Both the position numbers and the translations under genes were made by a program. The notes under the pieces were generated by a model. The model ran no database searches, was not told where the DNA came from, and was given only the letters and a program-made list of their open reading frames with translations. Shown piece by piece: positions 38,971-48,496 of a stretch of 64,000 nt of DNA. How positions within the stretch are numbered: the stretch's first letter is position 1; every line of letters begins with the position of its first letter. The DNA is taken from positions 4,896,001 to 4,960,000 of the forward strand of contig OY771506.1 in assembly GCA_963674705.1 (NCBI GenBank), read 5' to 3'. This stretch comes from Phycisphaeraceae bacterium (lineage in GTDB: Bacteria > Planctomycetota > Phycisphaerae > Phycisphaerales > Phycisphaeraceae).

Positions 38971-39632
38971 TAGTTCGCGGCCTCCTGTTTGGCACGGCCT
39001 AACTCGTCGGAGGTCACACGCTCGATGTACGCCTCAAAAGAAGCCTTATCCACCAGCAGGTAGCGGTGGTTCAGCAGGTCGAACGCGTTGAGGCGGTCGA
39101 TCTGGGTGATGTTGACGTTTTCGAGGTTTCGGGCGGAAACGGCTTCGTTTCCGGTGATCGAGGAGAGGGCGACGAGGCAGGTGCGGTCAATCTTGAGCGA
39201 GTCGAGCAGTTTGTTGAATGCTTTGGTGCTGGGCTTATCGAAGTCGAGTTTGTCAACGACTTTGATTTCTTTATCGACGGCCTTGGCCAGGACGGCGTTG
39301 CGGTTGGCCAGGCGGCGCATCTTAGTGGGCATGTCCTTGCGCCAGGAGTGCGGACGCTTGGCAAAGCCGTGTCCACCGTGCTTCATGATGTTGGTGCCGG
39401 CGGCGCCGCGGCGGGCGTTGCCGGTGCCCTTCTGGCGGAAGAGCTTGCGGGTGGAGTAGGCGGTTTCAGACCGGTTCTTGGTCTTGGCCGAGCCCTGGCG
39501 GAGGTTGGCGTGGTAGCGGACGTAAGCCTGCTTCAGCAGCGCGGGGCGAACTTCGCCGCCGAGCTTCTGCTCGTCAACCTGGATAGTGCCGACTTCATCA
39601 CCGGCCTGATTATGTACTGTGATCTCGATCAT
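38970..39632 (-). CDS. rplD: 50S ribosomal protein L4
   Basis: RQGSAKTKNRSE, RQKGTGNAR.G. Confidence 0.96.
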   Translation of the reverse strand: MIEITVHNQAGDEVGTIQVDEQKLGGEVRPALLKQAYVRYHANLRQGSAKTKNRSETAYSTRKLFRQKGTGNARRGAAGTNIMKHGGHGFAKRPHSWRKDMPTKMRRLANRNAVLAKAVDKEIKVVDKLDFDKPSTKAFNKLLDSLKIDRTCLVALSSITGNEAVSARNLENVNITQIDRLNAFDLLNHRYLLVDKASFEAYIERVTSDELGRAKQEAAN

Positions 39633-39769
39633 CTTTGTGTCACCTACGGTCCCGTTATTGGGATGCGTTTGTTTCGCCGCCAGGGCAAGGCCCGAACCGG
39701 GCCCGATCGTGTTACCCCACGACTCGGCTGTTAAACCGAAATGTCGTGGCGAAGCAGTATCCGTTTAAG

Positions 39770-39848
39770 AGCCATTAGCATTAGCTTTTAGCCAGAGTCT
39801 TTGCCGTCATCCTCTTGCTAATGGATGAGGGCTCACGGCTAACGGCTC
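39770..39848. repeat. Inverted arms of about 7-mer tandem units (TTAGC / GCTAA), rplC-rplD spacer
   Basis: agccattagcattagcttttagcc ... gctaatgg..ggctcacggctaacggct. Confidence 0.6.
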
Positions 39849-39857
39849 TTGACAGAC

Positions 39858-40538
39858 TTACGACGCCTTGGCTTGAGCGGCCTTTCCTTTGTAGAGGCGT
39901 ACTGCCTCGCGGATCACGACAACTGCCTTATTGGCGCCGGGGATGGGCCCCTTGACCAACAGCAGGTTCTTATCCTTATCAATGCCGATCACCGGCAGGC
40001 TGCGGACGGTCACCCGTTCGTTACCCATCCGGCCGGACATCCGGATACCCTTCTTGGGCTTGCCGGTACCGAGGTTCGAGCTGCGGCCACCGACCGAACC
40101 GGGCGAACGGTGCTTGCGTTCGACGCCGTGGCTGGCGAGCTGACCCTTGAAGTTGTGCCGTTTCATGACACCCTGGTAGCCCTTGCCCTTGCTCGTACCG
40201 ATTACATCCACATACTTGATGCCGTCGAAAACTTCGACGGTCAGTTCCTGGCCCAGCTCGTAGCTTTCGACTTCGCCATCGGCCAGACGCACCTCACGGC
40301 GGAGCCGCTTGGGCTCAAGGCCGGCCTTGGCGTCGTGCCCGATCAGGGGCATCGTCGTGTTACGACCCTTGACGTCTTCGAAAGCGATCTGGACCGCTTC
40401 GTAGCCGTCGGTTTCGGCCGTCTTGAGCTGACTGACATAGCAGGGGCCGGCCTGGATAACGGTGACGGGGATGTTGTTCCCATCATCATCGTACAGGCGG
40501 GTCATCCCAACTTTTCGACCAATGATAGCTGCGGGCAT
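39858..40538 (-). CDS. rplC: 50S ribosomal protein L3
   Basis: [34 protein letters not shown]. Confidence 0.98.
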   Translation of the reverse strand: MPAAIIGRKVGMTRLYDDDGNNIPVTVIQAGPCYVSQLKTAETDGYEAVQIAFEDVKGRNTTMPLIGHDAKAGLEPKRLRREVRLADGEVESYELGQELTVEVFDGIKYVDVIGTSKGKGYQGVMKRHNFKGQLASHGVERKHRSPGSVGGRSSNLGTGKPKKGIRMSGRMGNERVTVRSLPVIGIDKDKNLLLVKGPIPGANKAVVVIREAVRLYKGKAAQAKAS

Positions 40539-40616
40539 GTTTGTCTCCGAGGGGGCACGCGTGGTGCGGATCGTGGTTTTGACACCAGAGGATCTCGCCC
40601 CTGTTTGAATCTCAAT

Positions 40617-40641
40617 GGCGGAGCAAGCTCCGCCGCTAAAC
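40617..40641 (-). repeat. Family C REP, rpsJ-rplC spacer
   Basis: ggcggagcaagctccgccgctaaac. Confidence 0.85.
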
Positions 40642-40660
40642 AGTGCAGTATTCCTGCGGA

Positions 40661-40969
40661 CTACGCTTTAATCTTTACGAACACACCGGCGGGGACGACC
40701 AGGCGGTTGAGTGCTTCAACCGTGCGGGCGTTGGGCTCGATGATGTCGATGATCCGTTTATGCGTGCGGATCTCGAACTGTTCGCGGCTCTTCTTGTCGA
40801 CGTGCGGGCTGCGGAGCACGGTGTAGCGCTCGATCCGCGTCGGTAACGGGACAGGACCTGCAACCTTGGCGTTGGTGCGCTTAGCGTGATCAACGATCTC
40901 ACGCGCCGAGGCGTCCAGCGCCTGGTGGTCGTATGCCTCCATCCGGATGCGAATCTTACCTGCTGTCAT
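40661..40969 (-). CDS. rpsJ: 30S ribosomal protein S10
   Basis: [27 protein letters not shown]. Confidence 0.98.
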   Translation of the reverse strand: MTAGKIRIRMEAYDHQALDASAREIVDHAKRTNAKVAGPVPLPTRIERYTVLRSPHVDKKSREQFEIRTHKRIIDIIEPNARTVEALNRLVVPAGVFVKIKA

Positions 40970-41212
40970 CGACAATAGCCTCTATAGTCGCGTTACTTAC
41001 ACACGAACACCCATCGCGTACACCGCGACGAGGTGAGCCGGGTAGTTTAACTATCGTGAACGTGGTGTCAATTCGATGGGTTTGTATATTCACACACACC
41101 CCCGAGCCGACCGTCCCCACAGTACCGAACCGTCGTGCCCCCACGCCGGACTGCGTCGGGGGCGACGCGGCTCTGTGCGTAAAAAAACGCACAACCTCTT
41201 ATACAGCAGAGC

Positions 41213-41614
41213 TTAAAGATCCCGACAGGCCTCATCCAGCACCGCATCGGCGACGAAAATGGGCACATCATTGGCGACCCCCAGGGCGATGGCGTCGCTG
41301 GGGCGGGAGTCGATATCGATCAATTCGCCGTTGTGGCGGAGGAAAATACGTGCAAAAAAAGTAGATTTTTTTAGATCGCAGATGAGAATTTTTTCCATTT
41401 CTGCGTCTAGGTGCTGAATCACGCTGGCTAAAAGCTCGTGGGTCAGAGGCCGGGGCGGCTTCTGGCCCATCAACCTGCGCTCGATCGCGGCGGCCTCGTT
41501 GAGCCCGATCACGATCGGGAAAACACGCTCACCATTGACTTCACGCAGCTCCACGATGTGCATATCGTCGGTTTCGCGGATCAGAATCCGTGACAGTTCC
41601 ATCCTTACAGCCAT
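41213..41614 (-). CDS. Bifunctional nuclease family protein (DUF151)
   Basis: FPIVIG..EA.AI, RPLTHEL, DSRPSDAIAL; SD AGGAG before ATG 41614. Confidence 0.9.
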   Translation of the reverse strand: MAVRMELSRILIRETDDMHIVELREVNGERVFPIVIGLNEAAAIERRLMGQKPPRPLTHELLASVIQHLDAEMEKILICDLKKSTFFARIFLRHNGELIDIDSRPSDAIALGVANDVPIFVADAVLDEACRDL

Positions 41615-41787
41615 GCGCAGACTCCTGGTCGGTGGCGTATCCGTGGGAAAGTCATATCTTAATGATAGCCGGGCGCATGGGTTGTGCCGATGGGCGGCGG
41701 AACAATAGTGAAGATTTGTCCGAGTGTGTCTATAGCATGATGGATTCTGCGGCACACTCAGCAGCCACTTACAGGAGGTCCATCTTG

Positions 41788-43980
41788 ATGAAACGACTCG
41801 TTGCACCGTCGGTATTTGTTCTTGCGCTGTGTGCGCTACTGGTTACGAGCGTCGCGGCCGAACCGCTGCGTCTGCCCGCGATCTTCAGCGATCATATGGT
41901 GCTGCAACAAGGGACGCCCGTCGCGGTCTGGGGCTGGGCGGATGCGGGCGATGAAGTCACGGTGACATTCAACGGCCAAAGCGTCAGCGACACGGCAGAC
42001 GCTGAAGGTGAGTGGCGCGTTAATCTGAAACCTCTACAAGCCAGCGCAGAACCGGCGGAGTTGATCGTCAAATCCGGCGATGAAACGCTGACGGTCAGAG
42101 ATGTGCTGGTCGGTGAGGTGTGGTTGTGCTCCGGGCAATCGAACATGGAGTGGCGTGTCGAAAACGTGAACAACGCGGAGCAGGAAGTCGCCGATGCGAA
42201 TTGGCCCTTGATCCGACACATCGATGCACCGCACCGCCCTTCCATGCTGCCGCAGGATGATATCGAAACGCAGTGGGAAGTCTGCTCACCTGAAACGGTC
42301 GGCGACTTCACCGCGGTGGGATACTTCTTCGGCCGCAAGTTACACCAGGAACTGGATGTGCCGATCGGCCTGGTGAATTGCTCGTGGGGCGGGACGCGCA
42401 TCGAGCCCTGGACGCCGTTGACGGGTTTTGCGCAGGTGCCTGCGTTGGATGCGTTGTATCAAGTGATCAGGTCCAAGCAGCCGGACAGCGTTTCGTACAG
42501 GACCGCGGCTGAGCAATACATCAAAGCGATGCGACAGTGGGCGGATCAAGCGGAAGAAAATCTTTCGCAAAAGCAGTTGATATCCGAGCCGCAGCCGTTT
42601 CCGCAGCAGTTCGTTCCATATACCGACCGGCAAGACCCGACGACGTTGTACCGGGGGATGATGGACCCGTTCACGCCTTACACAATCCGTGGCTCGATCT
42701 GGTACCAGGGCGAAGCGAACCGCGCCGATGGCATGATGTACCTGGAGAAAACACGTGCATTACTGCTGGGTTGGCGGCAGGTGTGGGAGAAGCCGGACCT
42801 CCCCTACTACTTCGTGCAGATCGCGCCGTACCGGTATGGCAATGAAAATCCGCAGGTGCTTGCACGGCTCTGGGAAGCACAAGAAGCGATCGAGAAAGAA
42901 ATCGACAACACGGGCATGGTGGTCGTCAACGACATCGCCAACCTCGAAGACATCCACCCGCGTAACAAGCAGGACGTCGGGGCCCGGCTGGCGAACATGG
43001 CGCTGAAGCGTGACTACGGCCGAAAGGAAATCGTCGACAGCGGGCCGCGCTACAAGTCGATGCGTGTTGAAGGCAACAAGCTGTTGGTGACATTCGATAA
43101 CGCGGCTGATGGTTTGAAGTCGCGCGATGGCGAAGCCTTGAACTGGTTCGAGCTGGCCGGTGAAGCACAGCCGTGGACGGAAGCGAAGGCGGAAGTCGTA
43201 TCGAAGGACACGGTGGCGGTGTCGGCTGAAGGGATCGACAAGCCTGTCGCGGTGCGTTTTGCCTGGGACAAGCTGGCGGTGCCGAACCTGGTCAACAGTG
43301 TCGGGCTGCCGACCTCGCCCTTCCGCGCAGGCGAGCCGCCGAAGCTGGACTTCCTCTCTTTGAACGTGCCGGAGAGCAAGGATTATGAGCTGATTTACGA
43401 GCTTGATCTGAGGAAACTGGGACCGCAGATCGAGTACGACATCGACAACAGCAAATCGTTCGGCAAAAAGTTCGACCGCATCGCGTATTACATCGAGCTT
43501 AGTGATGGCGAAGACAACCCGCAGTGGGCGTATGTGTCGATGGACGCGTTCACGGATAAGCTTGCGCTGATCGGTTTGCCGGTGTTTGGGCTGGGCGCTG
43601 AGTTTCAGCAAGGCGTCAGCAGCCTGGTCGTTGCATCCAATGTCGGTGGTGTGCCAAACAAGTCCGGAGTCAACGGTAACATCGAGTTTTGGCCGAACAA
43701 TTACAGCGCCTCAAACAGCGCCAATGTCCCCGGCGCATCTGAGTCTGAATATGACACGGGTGATGCCATCAGCAGCTCAAAAGAGAACGGCTACGGCTGC
43801 ATGCAGGTGCACGTGATCGATCCGAGAGCAACCGTGTTTGCGATTAACAATTGGAAAAGCAGCTCACCAGATATCGGCATCGGAACCAACCCCGAGGGTC
43901 ATCCGGACTGGACGTTTTCAAAGTCGGGCGATCGGTATGAAGTCAAGCGTTTGAAGGTGCTGGTAAGACCGGTGAAGTAA
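41788..43980 (+). CDS. Sialate O-acetylesterase (SASA/SGNH) with an additional C-terminal domain
   Basis: FSDHMVLQ, GEVWLCSGQSNM, WGGT.IE.W, WYQGE, DIHP.NKQDVG; signal peptide; SD AGGAGG. Confidence 0.9.
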   Translation: MKRLVAPSVFVLALCALLVTSVAAEPLRLPAIFSDHMVLQQGTPVAVWGWADAGDEVTVTFNGQSVSDTADAEGEWRVNLKPLQASAEPAELIVKSGDETLTVRDVLVGEVWLCSGQSNMEWRVENVNNAEQEVADANWPLIRHIDAPHRPSMLPQDDIETQWEVCSPETVGDFTAVGYFFGRKLHQELDVPIGLVNCSWGGTRIEPWTPLTGFAQVPALDALYQVIRSKQPDSVSYRTAAEQYIKAMRQWADQAEENLSQKQLISEPQPFPQQFVPYTDRQDPTTLYRGMMDPFTPYTIRGSIWYQGEANRADGMMYLEKTRALLLGWRQVWEKPDLPYYFVQIAPYRYGNENPQVLARLWEAQEAIEKEIDNTGMVVVNDIANLEDIHPRNKQDVGARLANMALKRDYGRKEIVDSGPRYKSMRVEGNKLLVTFDNAADGLKSRDGEALNWFELAGEAQPWTEAKAEVVSKDTVAVSAEGIDKPVAVRFAWDKLAVPNLVNSVGLPTSPFRAGEPPKLDFLSLNVPESKDYELIYELDLRKLGPQIEYDIDNSKSFGKKFDRIAYYIELSDGEDNPQWAYVSMDAFTDKLALIGLPVFGLGAEFQQGVSSLVVASNVGGVPNKSGVNGNIEFWPNNYSASNSANVPGASESEYDTGDAISSSKENGYGCMQVHVIDPRATVFAINNWKSSSPDIGIGTNPEGHPDWTFSKSGDRYEVKRLKVLVRPVK

Positions 43981-44004
43981 GTGAAGGCCGCATCGACCTC
44001 AGCG

Positions 44005-44030
44005 CGCGAGCTGGCAGCTCGCGGCTAAAT
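44005..44030 (-). repeat. Family C REP variant
   Basis: cgcgagctggcagctcgcggctaaat. Confidence 0.6.
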
Positions 44031-44082
44031 GGGCGCGTCTGTTAGGTCCGCGGCTGGTTGAAAAGCACGTTAATTACAGCGA

Positions 44083-45417
44083 TTAGCCGGGCAGACGTAT
44101 CAGGGCGTGGTAGCCGCCGTCCTGGTACGTTGCCCCCCTACCGCTGGGCCAGGCCTGGTGTTCGTGTTCGATTTTGCCTCGGACGCGGTGGCTGATCCAG
44201 TTGGCCTGATCGTTGTTCTCTTCTTTTTCCATACTGCAGGTGCTGTAGAGCACGACGCCGCCGGGCACGACCCAGTCCAGTGTCTGGCGTAGGATGTCGC
44301 GTTGCAGTTGCACGAGCGTGTTGAGTGATTTGGTATCGAAGCGGTAACGTGCTTCGGGGCGACGCGCGAGAACCGCAGTATTTGAGCACGGAACGTCTAA
44401 TAGCAGCAGGTCGATCTTCTCTCGCGGCTCAGCGTCCGGGCCGACGACGATGACGTTCTTGCAGGTCTTGGTCGCGCGTTGGAGGGCAGCACGGCGTTCG
44501 TTGTCGACATCGGTCGCGGCGATCGTGGCATCGGGGAACAGTGCGGCGAGTTGGCGTGTTTTCGTGCCGCGGCCGGCGCAGAAGTCCATCGCGCGATTCA
44601 CTGACAGATTCGCTGCTGAACGTACGGGCAATGAGGAGGCCGGGTCCTGCACGCGGCGCTGCGGGTGTTGATCGAGGAACGCTCGAAGCTCTTTTTGATC
44701 CGCTTGCCAGACGAGGAATCCCGGTGTTTCGTGCGGCTGGTATTGCTCGGTGGTTTCGTGTTTAAAGCCCTGTTCGACAGCGACGATGGTCGGGGGCGTT
44801 TCAATGCCGTGCTTGCAGAAGTCGGCGACGCGCTGCTTGCCGTGGGGCTGCATCCAGCGGTTGATGATGGCACGGGGGTGGCTGGTGGCGACGGCAAGGT
44901 ACCGCGACGCCAGCTCGATCGGCGGAAGCAGATCGCCATTGAGCAGCACGCAGCCGTTATCGAGCGGCAACCGATCCCGCGCGGGTTTCCATGGCGTATC
45001 TTCTTCGACGGCCTTGACCATCTCCGCCACGCGTCGCAAGACGGCGTTAACCATCCCCGCCGCGCCGGGACGGACCAGTTCACGAGCCAGGTTGACCTGC
45101 TCGTCGACCACGGCATGCGTCGGCAAGCGGTGCATGAACAGTAACTGCGCCGCACCGGTCAACAGCACGGCCTGCATCGGTGGCTCAAGCGTGTGGATCG
45201 GTTTTTCAAGCTCGCGATTCAGCAGGTATTCAAGCGTGATCCAGCGCTGCAAGACCGTGCGGTGGATGGCAGTCGCGAGCGCAGCATCCCGAGGGTCGAG
45301 GCCCAGGACGTCGAGCTGGATCGCGGGCAGATCGGGAAAGCGTTTCGCTGCGTTTATGAGAGAAACAGCGGCGGCGGCTCTTGCGTTAACGGGGCGTTTG
45401 TTTCGGCCTGGGGGCAT
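44083..45417 (-). CDS. rsmB: RsmB/Sun-type RNA m5C methyltransferase with N-terminal NusB-like domain
   Basis: MVNAVLRR, VQDPAS, DFCAGRGTKT, DVPCS, YSTCS. Confidence 0.82.
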   Translation of the reverse strand: MPPGRNKRPVNARAAAAVSLINAAKRFPDLPAIQLDVLGLDPRDAALATAIHRTVLQRWITLEYLLNRELEKPIHTLEPPMQAVLLTGAAQLLFMHRLPTHAVVDEQVNLARELVRPGAAGMVNAVLRRVAEMVKAVEEDTPWKPARDRLPLDNGCVLLNGDLLPPIELASRYLAVATSHPRAIINRWMQPHGKQRVADFCKHGIETPPTIVAVEQGFKHETTEQYQPHETPGFLVWQADQKELRAFLDQHPQRRVQDPASSLPVRSAANLSVNRAMDFCAGRGTKTRQLAALFPDATIAATDVDNERRAALQRATKTCKNVIVVGPDAEPREKIDLLLLDVPCSNTAVLARRPEARYRFDTKSLNTLVQLQRDILRQTLDWVVPGGVVLYSTCSMEKEENNDQANWISHRVRGKIEHEHQAWPSGRGATYQDGGYHALIRLPG

Positions 45418-45426
45418 GGGAATCGA

Positions 45427-47148
45427 TCAGGCCTGCGGTTGTTCTGTGGGATTGTCAGCGGGTTTGGGCAGCGTCAAACCCAAGGCTTTGTGCACTTCTT
45501 CCAGAAGCTGTTCAACCTTGAAGGGCTTGAACATCACGCTGGACAGACCGTCCTGGCTGGCGCGGACGATCGAGTGGTGCGGGTCGTACCCGAAGCCGGT
45601 CATGAGGATGACGGGCATGTCTTCACGGCGGCGGCGTGCGGCGGCGAAGATTTCGTAGCCGTTGCGGTAAGGCATCTTGATGTCGGAGATGACCAGATCG
45701 AAGTTGTCCTGCTCCAGACAGGTACAGCTTTCGTAGCCGTCCTTACACATCTCGACCTTGCAGCCGGCCTTGGTCAGTACATCGCGGATCGCGGTGCGGA
45801 TGTTGGATTCGTCGTCGGCAACGAGAATACGCTTGCCCTTGAGCCCCGGGTCGGTCGCGCCGAGGTCGGGTTCCCTTGAGCCAAGCACGACGTTGGGTCC
45901 GGCGGCGACGTGCTTGACGGACTCGCGTATCGACTCGATGTGTTCGATGATGCGGTTGAGCCGGCCGCGCATATTGTCGTCGCCGATGTATTCCTCGATG
46001 AGCGTTTGTGCTTCAGAGACGACCTCGGCCAACGGGTGGGCCATCTCCTGGACGACGCTCTCGGTGATCTGTCCGCTGGTGGTGCAGCGTTCGGTGACCA
46101 GGAGGTTGAGGATGTTCAGCGCCATGCCGACGTATCGGCCGAAGATTTCCGCGAACTGGCGGTCGTCTTCGTTGAACGCGCCAACCGATTCAGATTCGAT
46201 GTTGTAGACGCCGACGACCTTATCGAGCACCTTCAGCGGCACGGTCAATGAACTCTTGCAGTGGCGCAGGCCCAGGACGTAGCGCGGGTCTTTTTCGGTA
46301 TCGTGGCAGATGTAGCTACGGCCGGTCGTGGCGACGTAGCCGGAGATGCCGTTGCCTTCCGGCTGGGCGTAGAGATCGATTTCCAGCGCCTCGGAGGGCA
46401 GTCCCTCAGCGATGACCACTTCGAGCTTGCCGGTGCGCTTGTCGAGCAGGCGGACGGCGAAGTGGTCGAAGCGCATCAGGTTCTTGGAATACTTGATGAT
46501 CTTCTCTTGCAGCAGACGCAGACGTTCGCTGGGCGAGAGCTTGGCGATGGCGTCGGACTCGATACGGGAAAGCTCACGGCCGGCGGAGTCGATCGCGTCG
46601 ATCTTGCCTTGCAGCCGGCGGCCACTGGTGGCATCCCAGACGACGGCGACGACCTGCTGGACCTCGCCCTCATCGGTCGTGACCGGCGAGCAGATCATCT
46701 CGAAGTAATTATCCTGAACCTGGAAGGTGTACTTCTTGCTGCGAGGTCGGGAAGTATCGCTGAGCGGGCCGGACTGTGTGGAGAATACACTCAAGGCTTG
46801 AACGCAGACCTGTCGGACATGCTGGGAGACGGCAGGGGTGAAGCCGCGCATTTTGCGGTTGGACCATGTCATCCGCCCGTCGGTGTCGACGATACAGACG
46901 CCTTCGCCGATGGTGTTGAGCACGAGGCTGGATTTTTCGCCGACCAGCGCGCGTTCCAGCGGCAGGAAGTCCCCGACGTCGGCAAAGACAGCGTTGTAGT
47001 TATGGGTGCGCAAGGCGTCCATCGCCTCGTCCATCCCGTCAAAGACATCGACCTGGAAAACGCGCTGCAATTCCTGCGTTATCGGGAACTCGCGAGAGAC
47101 CTTCCCGTTAAGGATCAGGATACGAGGCCGATTTTCGTCCATAGACAC
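45427..47148 (-). CDS. Multi-domain signalling protein: degenerate REC, PAS, GAF, HisKA-like helix pair, REC
   Basis: LNTIGEGVCIVD (PAS); GISGYVATTG..DPRY..SSLTVPL (GAF); ILVADDE..ISDIKMP..VILMTG..KPF (REC). Confidence 0.85.
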   Translation of the reverse strand: MSMDENRPRILILNGKVSREFPITQELQRVFQVDVFDGMDEAMDALRTHNYNAVFADVGDFLPLERALVGEKSSLVLNTIGEGVCIVDTDGRMTWSNRKMRGFTPAVSQHVRQVCVQALSVFSTQSGPLSDTSRPRSKKYTFQVQDNYFEMICSPVTTDEGEVQQVVAVVWDATSGRRLQGKIDAIDSAGRELSRIESDAIAKLSPSERLRLLQEKIIKYSKNLMRFDHFAVRLLDKRTGKLEVVIAEGLPSEALEIDLYAQPEGNGISGYVATTGRSYICHDTEKDPRYVLGLRHCKSSLTVPLKVLDKVVGVYNIESESVGAFNEDDRQFAEIFGRYVGMALNILNLLVTERCTTSGQITESVVQEMAHPLAEVVSEAQTLIEEYIGDDNMRGRLNRIIEHIESIRESVKHVAAGPNVVLGSREPDLGATDPGLKGKRILVADDESNIRTAIRDVLTKAGCKVEMCKDGYESCTCLEQDNFDLVISDIKMPYRNGYEIFAAARRRREDMPVILMTGFGYDPHHSIVRASQDGLSSVMFKPFKVEQLLEEVHKALGLTLPKPADNPTEQPQA

Positions 47149-47260
47149 TACTCACAGCACAGGACAGTTACCATTGCCGACAGTTACATATCGATCACGC
47201 GGCAAAGAACCCTTGATTCTACTACATTGCGAGATCGGGTCCCACTACAGGATCGGAGAT

Positions 47261-48283
47261 TTATAACCTTCGGCTGACCACCGAATCCGCCAGTTCCAGC
47301 AGGCTCATGCGGGCGGGTGTGTCTTGCAGGTGGTCAATTATGCCCGATTTAGCCTTTTCGATGAGCTGAATGGCTTTTTCTCGGGCGTACGCAAGGGAAT
47401 TGTAGGCATCCAGAAGCTCGCGGACGCGCTGCGAGCCTTCGAGTGCTTGTGTTTCCGATAATGTTGGGTCGGCCTGCTGTCGCAGCAACGGGGGTAATTC
47501 GTCACAACCTGTCGCCAGGGCGTGGATTAGCGGCAGTGTAAGTTTGCCCTTGGCAAGGTCCCGGCCGAGGCTTTTGCCGACGGTTTGCGGGTCGCCGGTC
47601 AGGTCCAGCACATCATCGATGATCTGGAAGGCAATGCCGAGGGTTTCACCGTAGTTGTACAGCGCCTCGGCGGTATCGGGGGCACAATCGCTCAGTTCCG
47701 CGGCAACCTGGCAACAGGCGCCGCAGAGGCTGGCGGTCTTGCGGGTGATGATCTTGAAGTAGGTCTTTTCATCCAGCGACAGGTCATGGCGGCGGGATAG
47801 TTGCAGCAGCTCGCCCTCGCAGACGGTATTGGTCGCGTGGGCGATCATCCGGCTTATTTTGCTTTTCCCGAGGCTGGTGCATAGGTGGTAGGCGTGGCTG
47901 ATGAGGTAGTCGCCGAGCATGACGGCGGCCTCGTTGCCCTGCAGGTGGTTGATGGTCTGGCCCTTGCGACGCATCTGTGCTTCGTCGAGCACATCGTCGT
48001 GGATAAGTGTGGCCATGTGAACCATTTCCACCACGGCGGCGGCGGTAAGGTGGGCCGGTTGGGTCCTTTCACGGCCGGGCTCGATAGCCATTGTGGTCAG
48101 CAGCACCAGCATGGGTCGGAGCATCTTGCCGTGGTAGCGTTGGGCGTGCTCGACAAGCTCATTGACACACCCCAGATCGCTTTTAAGTTCAGCAGCGAAC
48201 AGCTTTCTGACTTCCGCCAGATCCTTGTCGAGCCGACCTCGTAGGGTGTCGTCCTGGGTTGTGAGTACGGACATCCGGTTCAA
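47261..48283 (-). CDS. Polyprenyl diphosphate synthase (IspB/HepT family)
   Basis: GKMLRP, HDDVLD..RR, FQIIDDVLD, GKLTLP. Confidence 0.93.
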   Translation of the reverse strand: MNRMSVLTTQDDTLRGRLDKDLAEVRKLFAAELKSDLGCVNELVEHAQRYHGKMLRPMLVLLTTMAIEPGRERTQPAHLTAAAVVEMVHMATLIHDDVLDEAQMRRKGQTINHLQGNEAAVMLGDYLISHAYHLCTSLGKSKISRMIAHATNTVCEGELLQLSRRHDLSLDEKTYFKIITRKTASLCGACCQVAAELSDCAPDTAEALYNYGETLGIAFQIIDDVLDLTGDPQTVGKSLGRDLAKGKLTLPLIHALATGCDELPPLLRQQADPTLSETQALEGSQRVRELLDAYNSLAYAREKAIQLIEKAKSGIIDHLQDTPARMSLLELADSVVSRRL

Positions 48284-48496
48284 TTCCTGGGTGGACCGTC
48301 GAGGGTAGATAAGTGATTGTAGCCACGCAACAGAAGCCGTGCAGAGTCCGGTATGATAGGGATATTCTCAGGAATCCGACACTAAATATTAAGTTGACAG
48401 GGTTTGCGCTCGATTCTACTGTCGTTACAATAGGTAAACCGACCCGCGAGGATGGCGGGTGGCGCTCCGAGGCTCCTTTCAGCTCGTCTGGTCAAG

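Noticed and set aside
40976..41212. tRNA or named r-protein leader upstream of rpsJ
   Set aside because: Hairpins are present but there is no cloverleaf or T-loop and no family I can recognise; needs an Rfam scan
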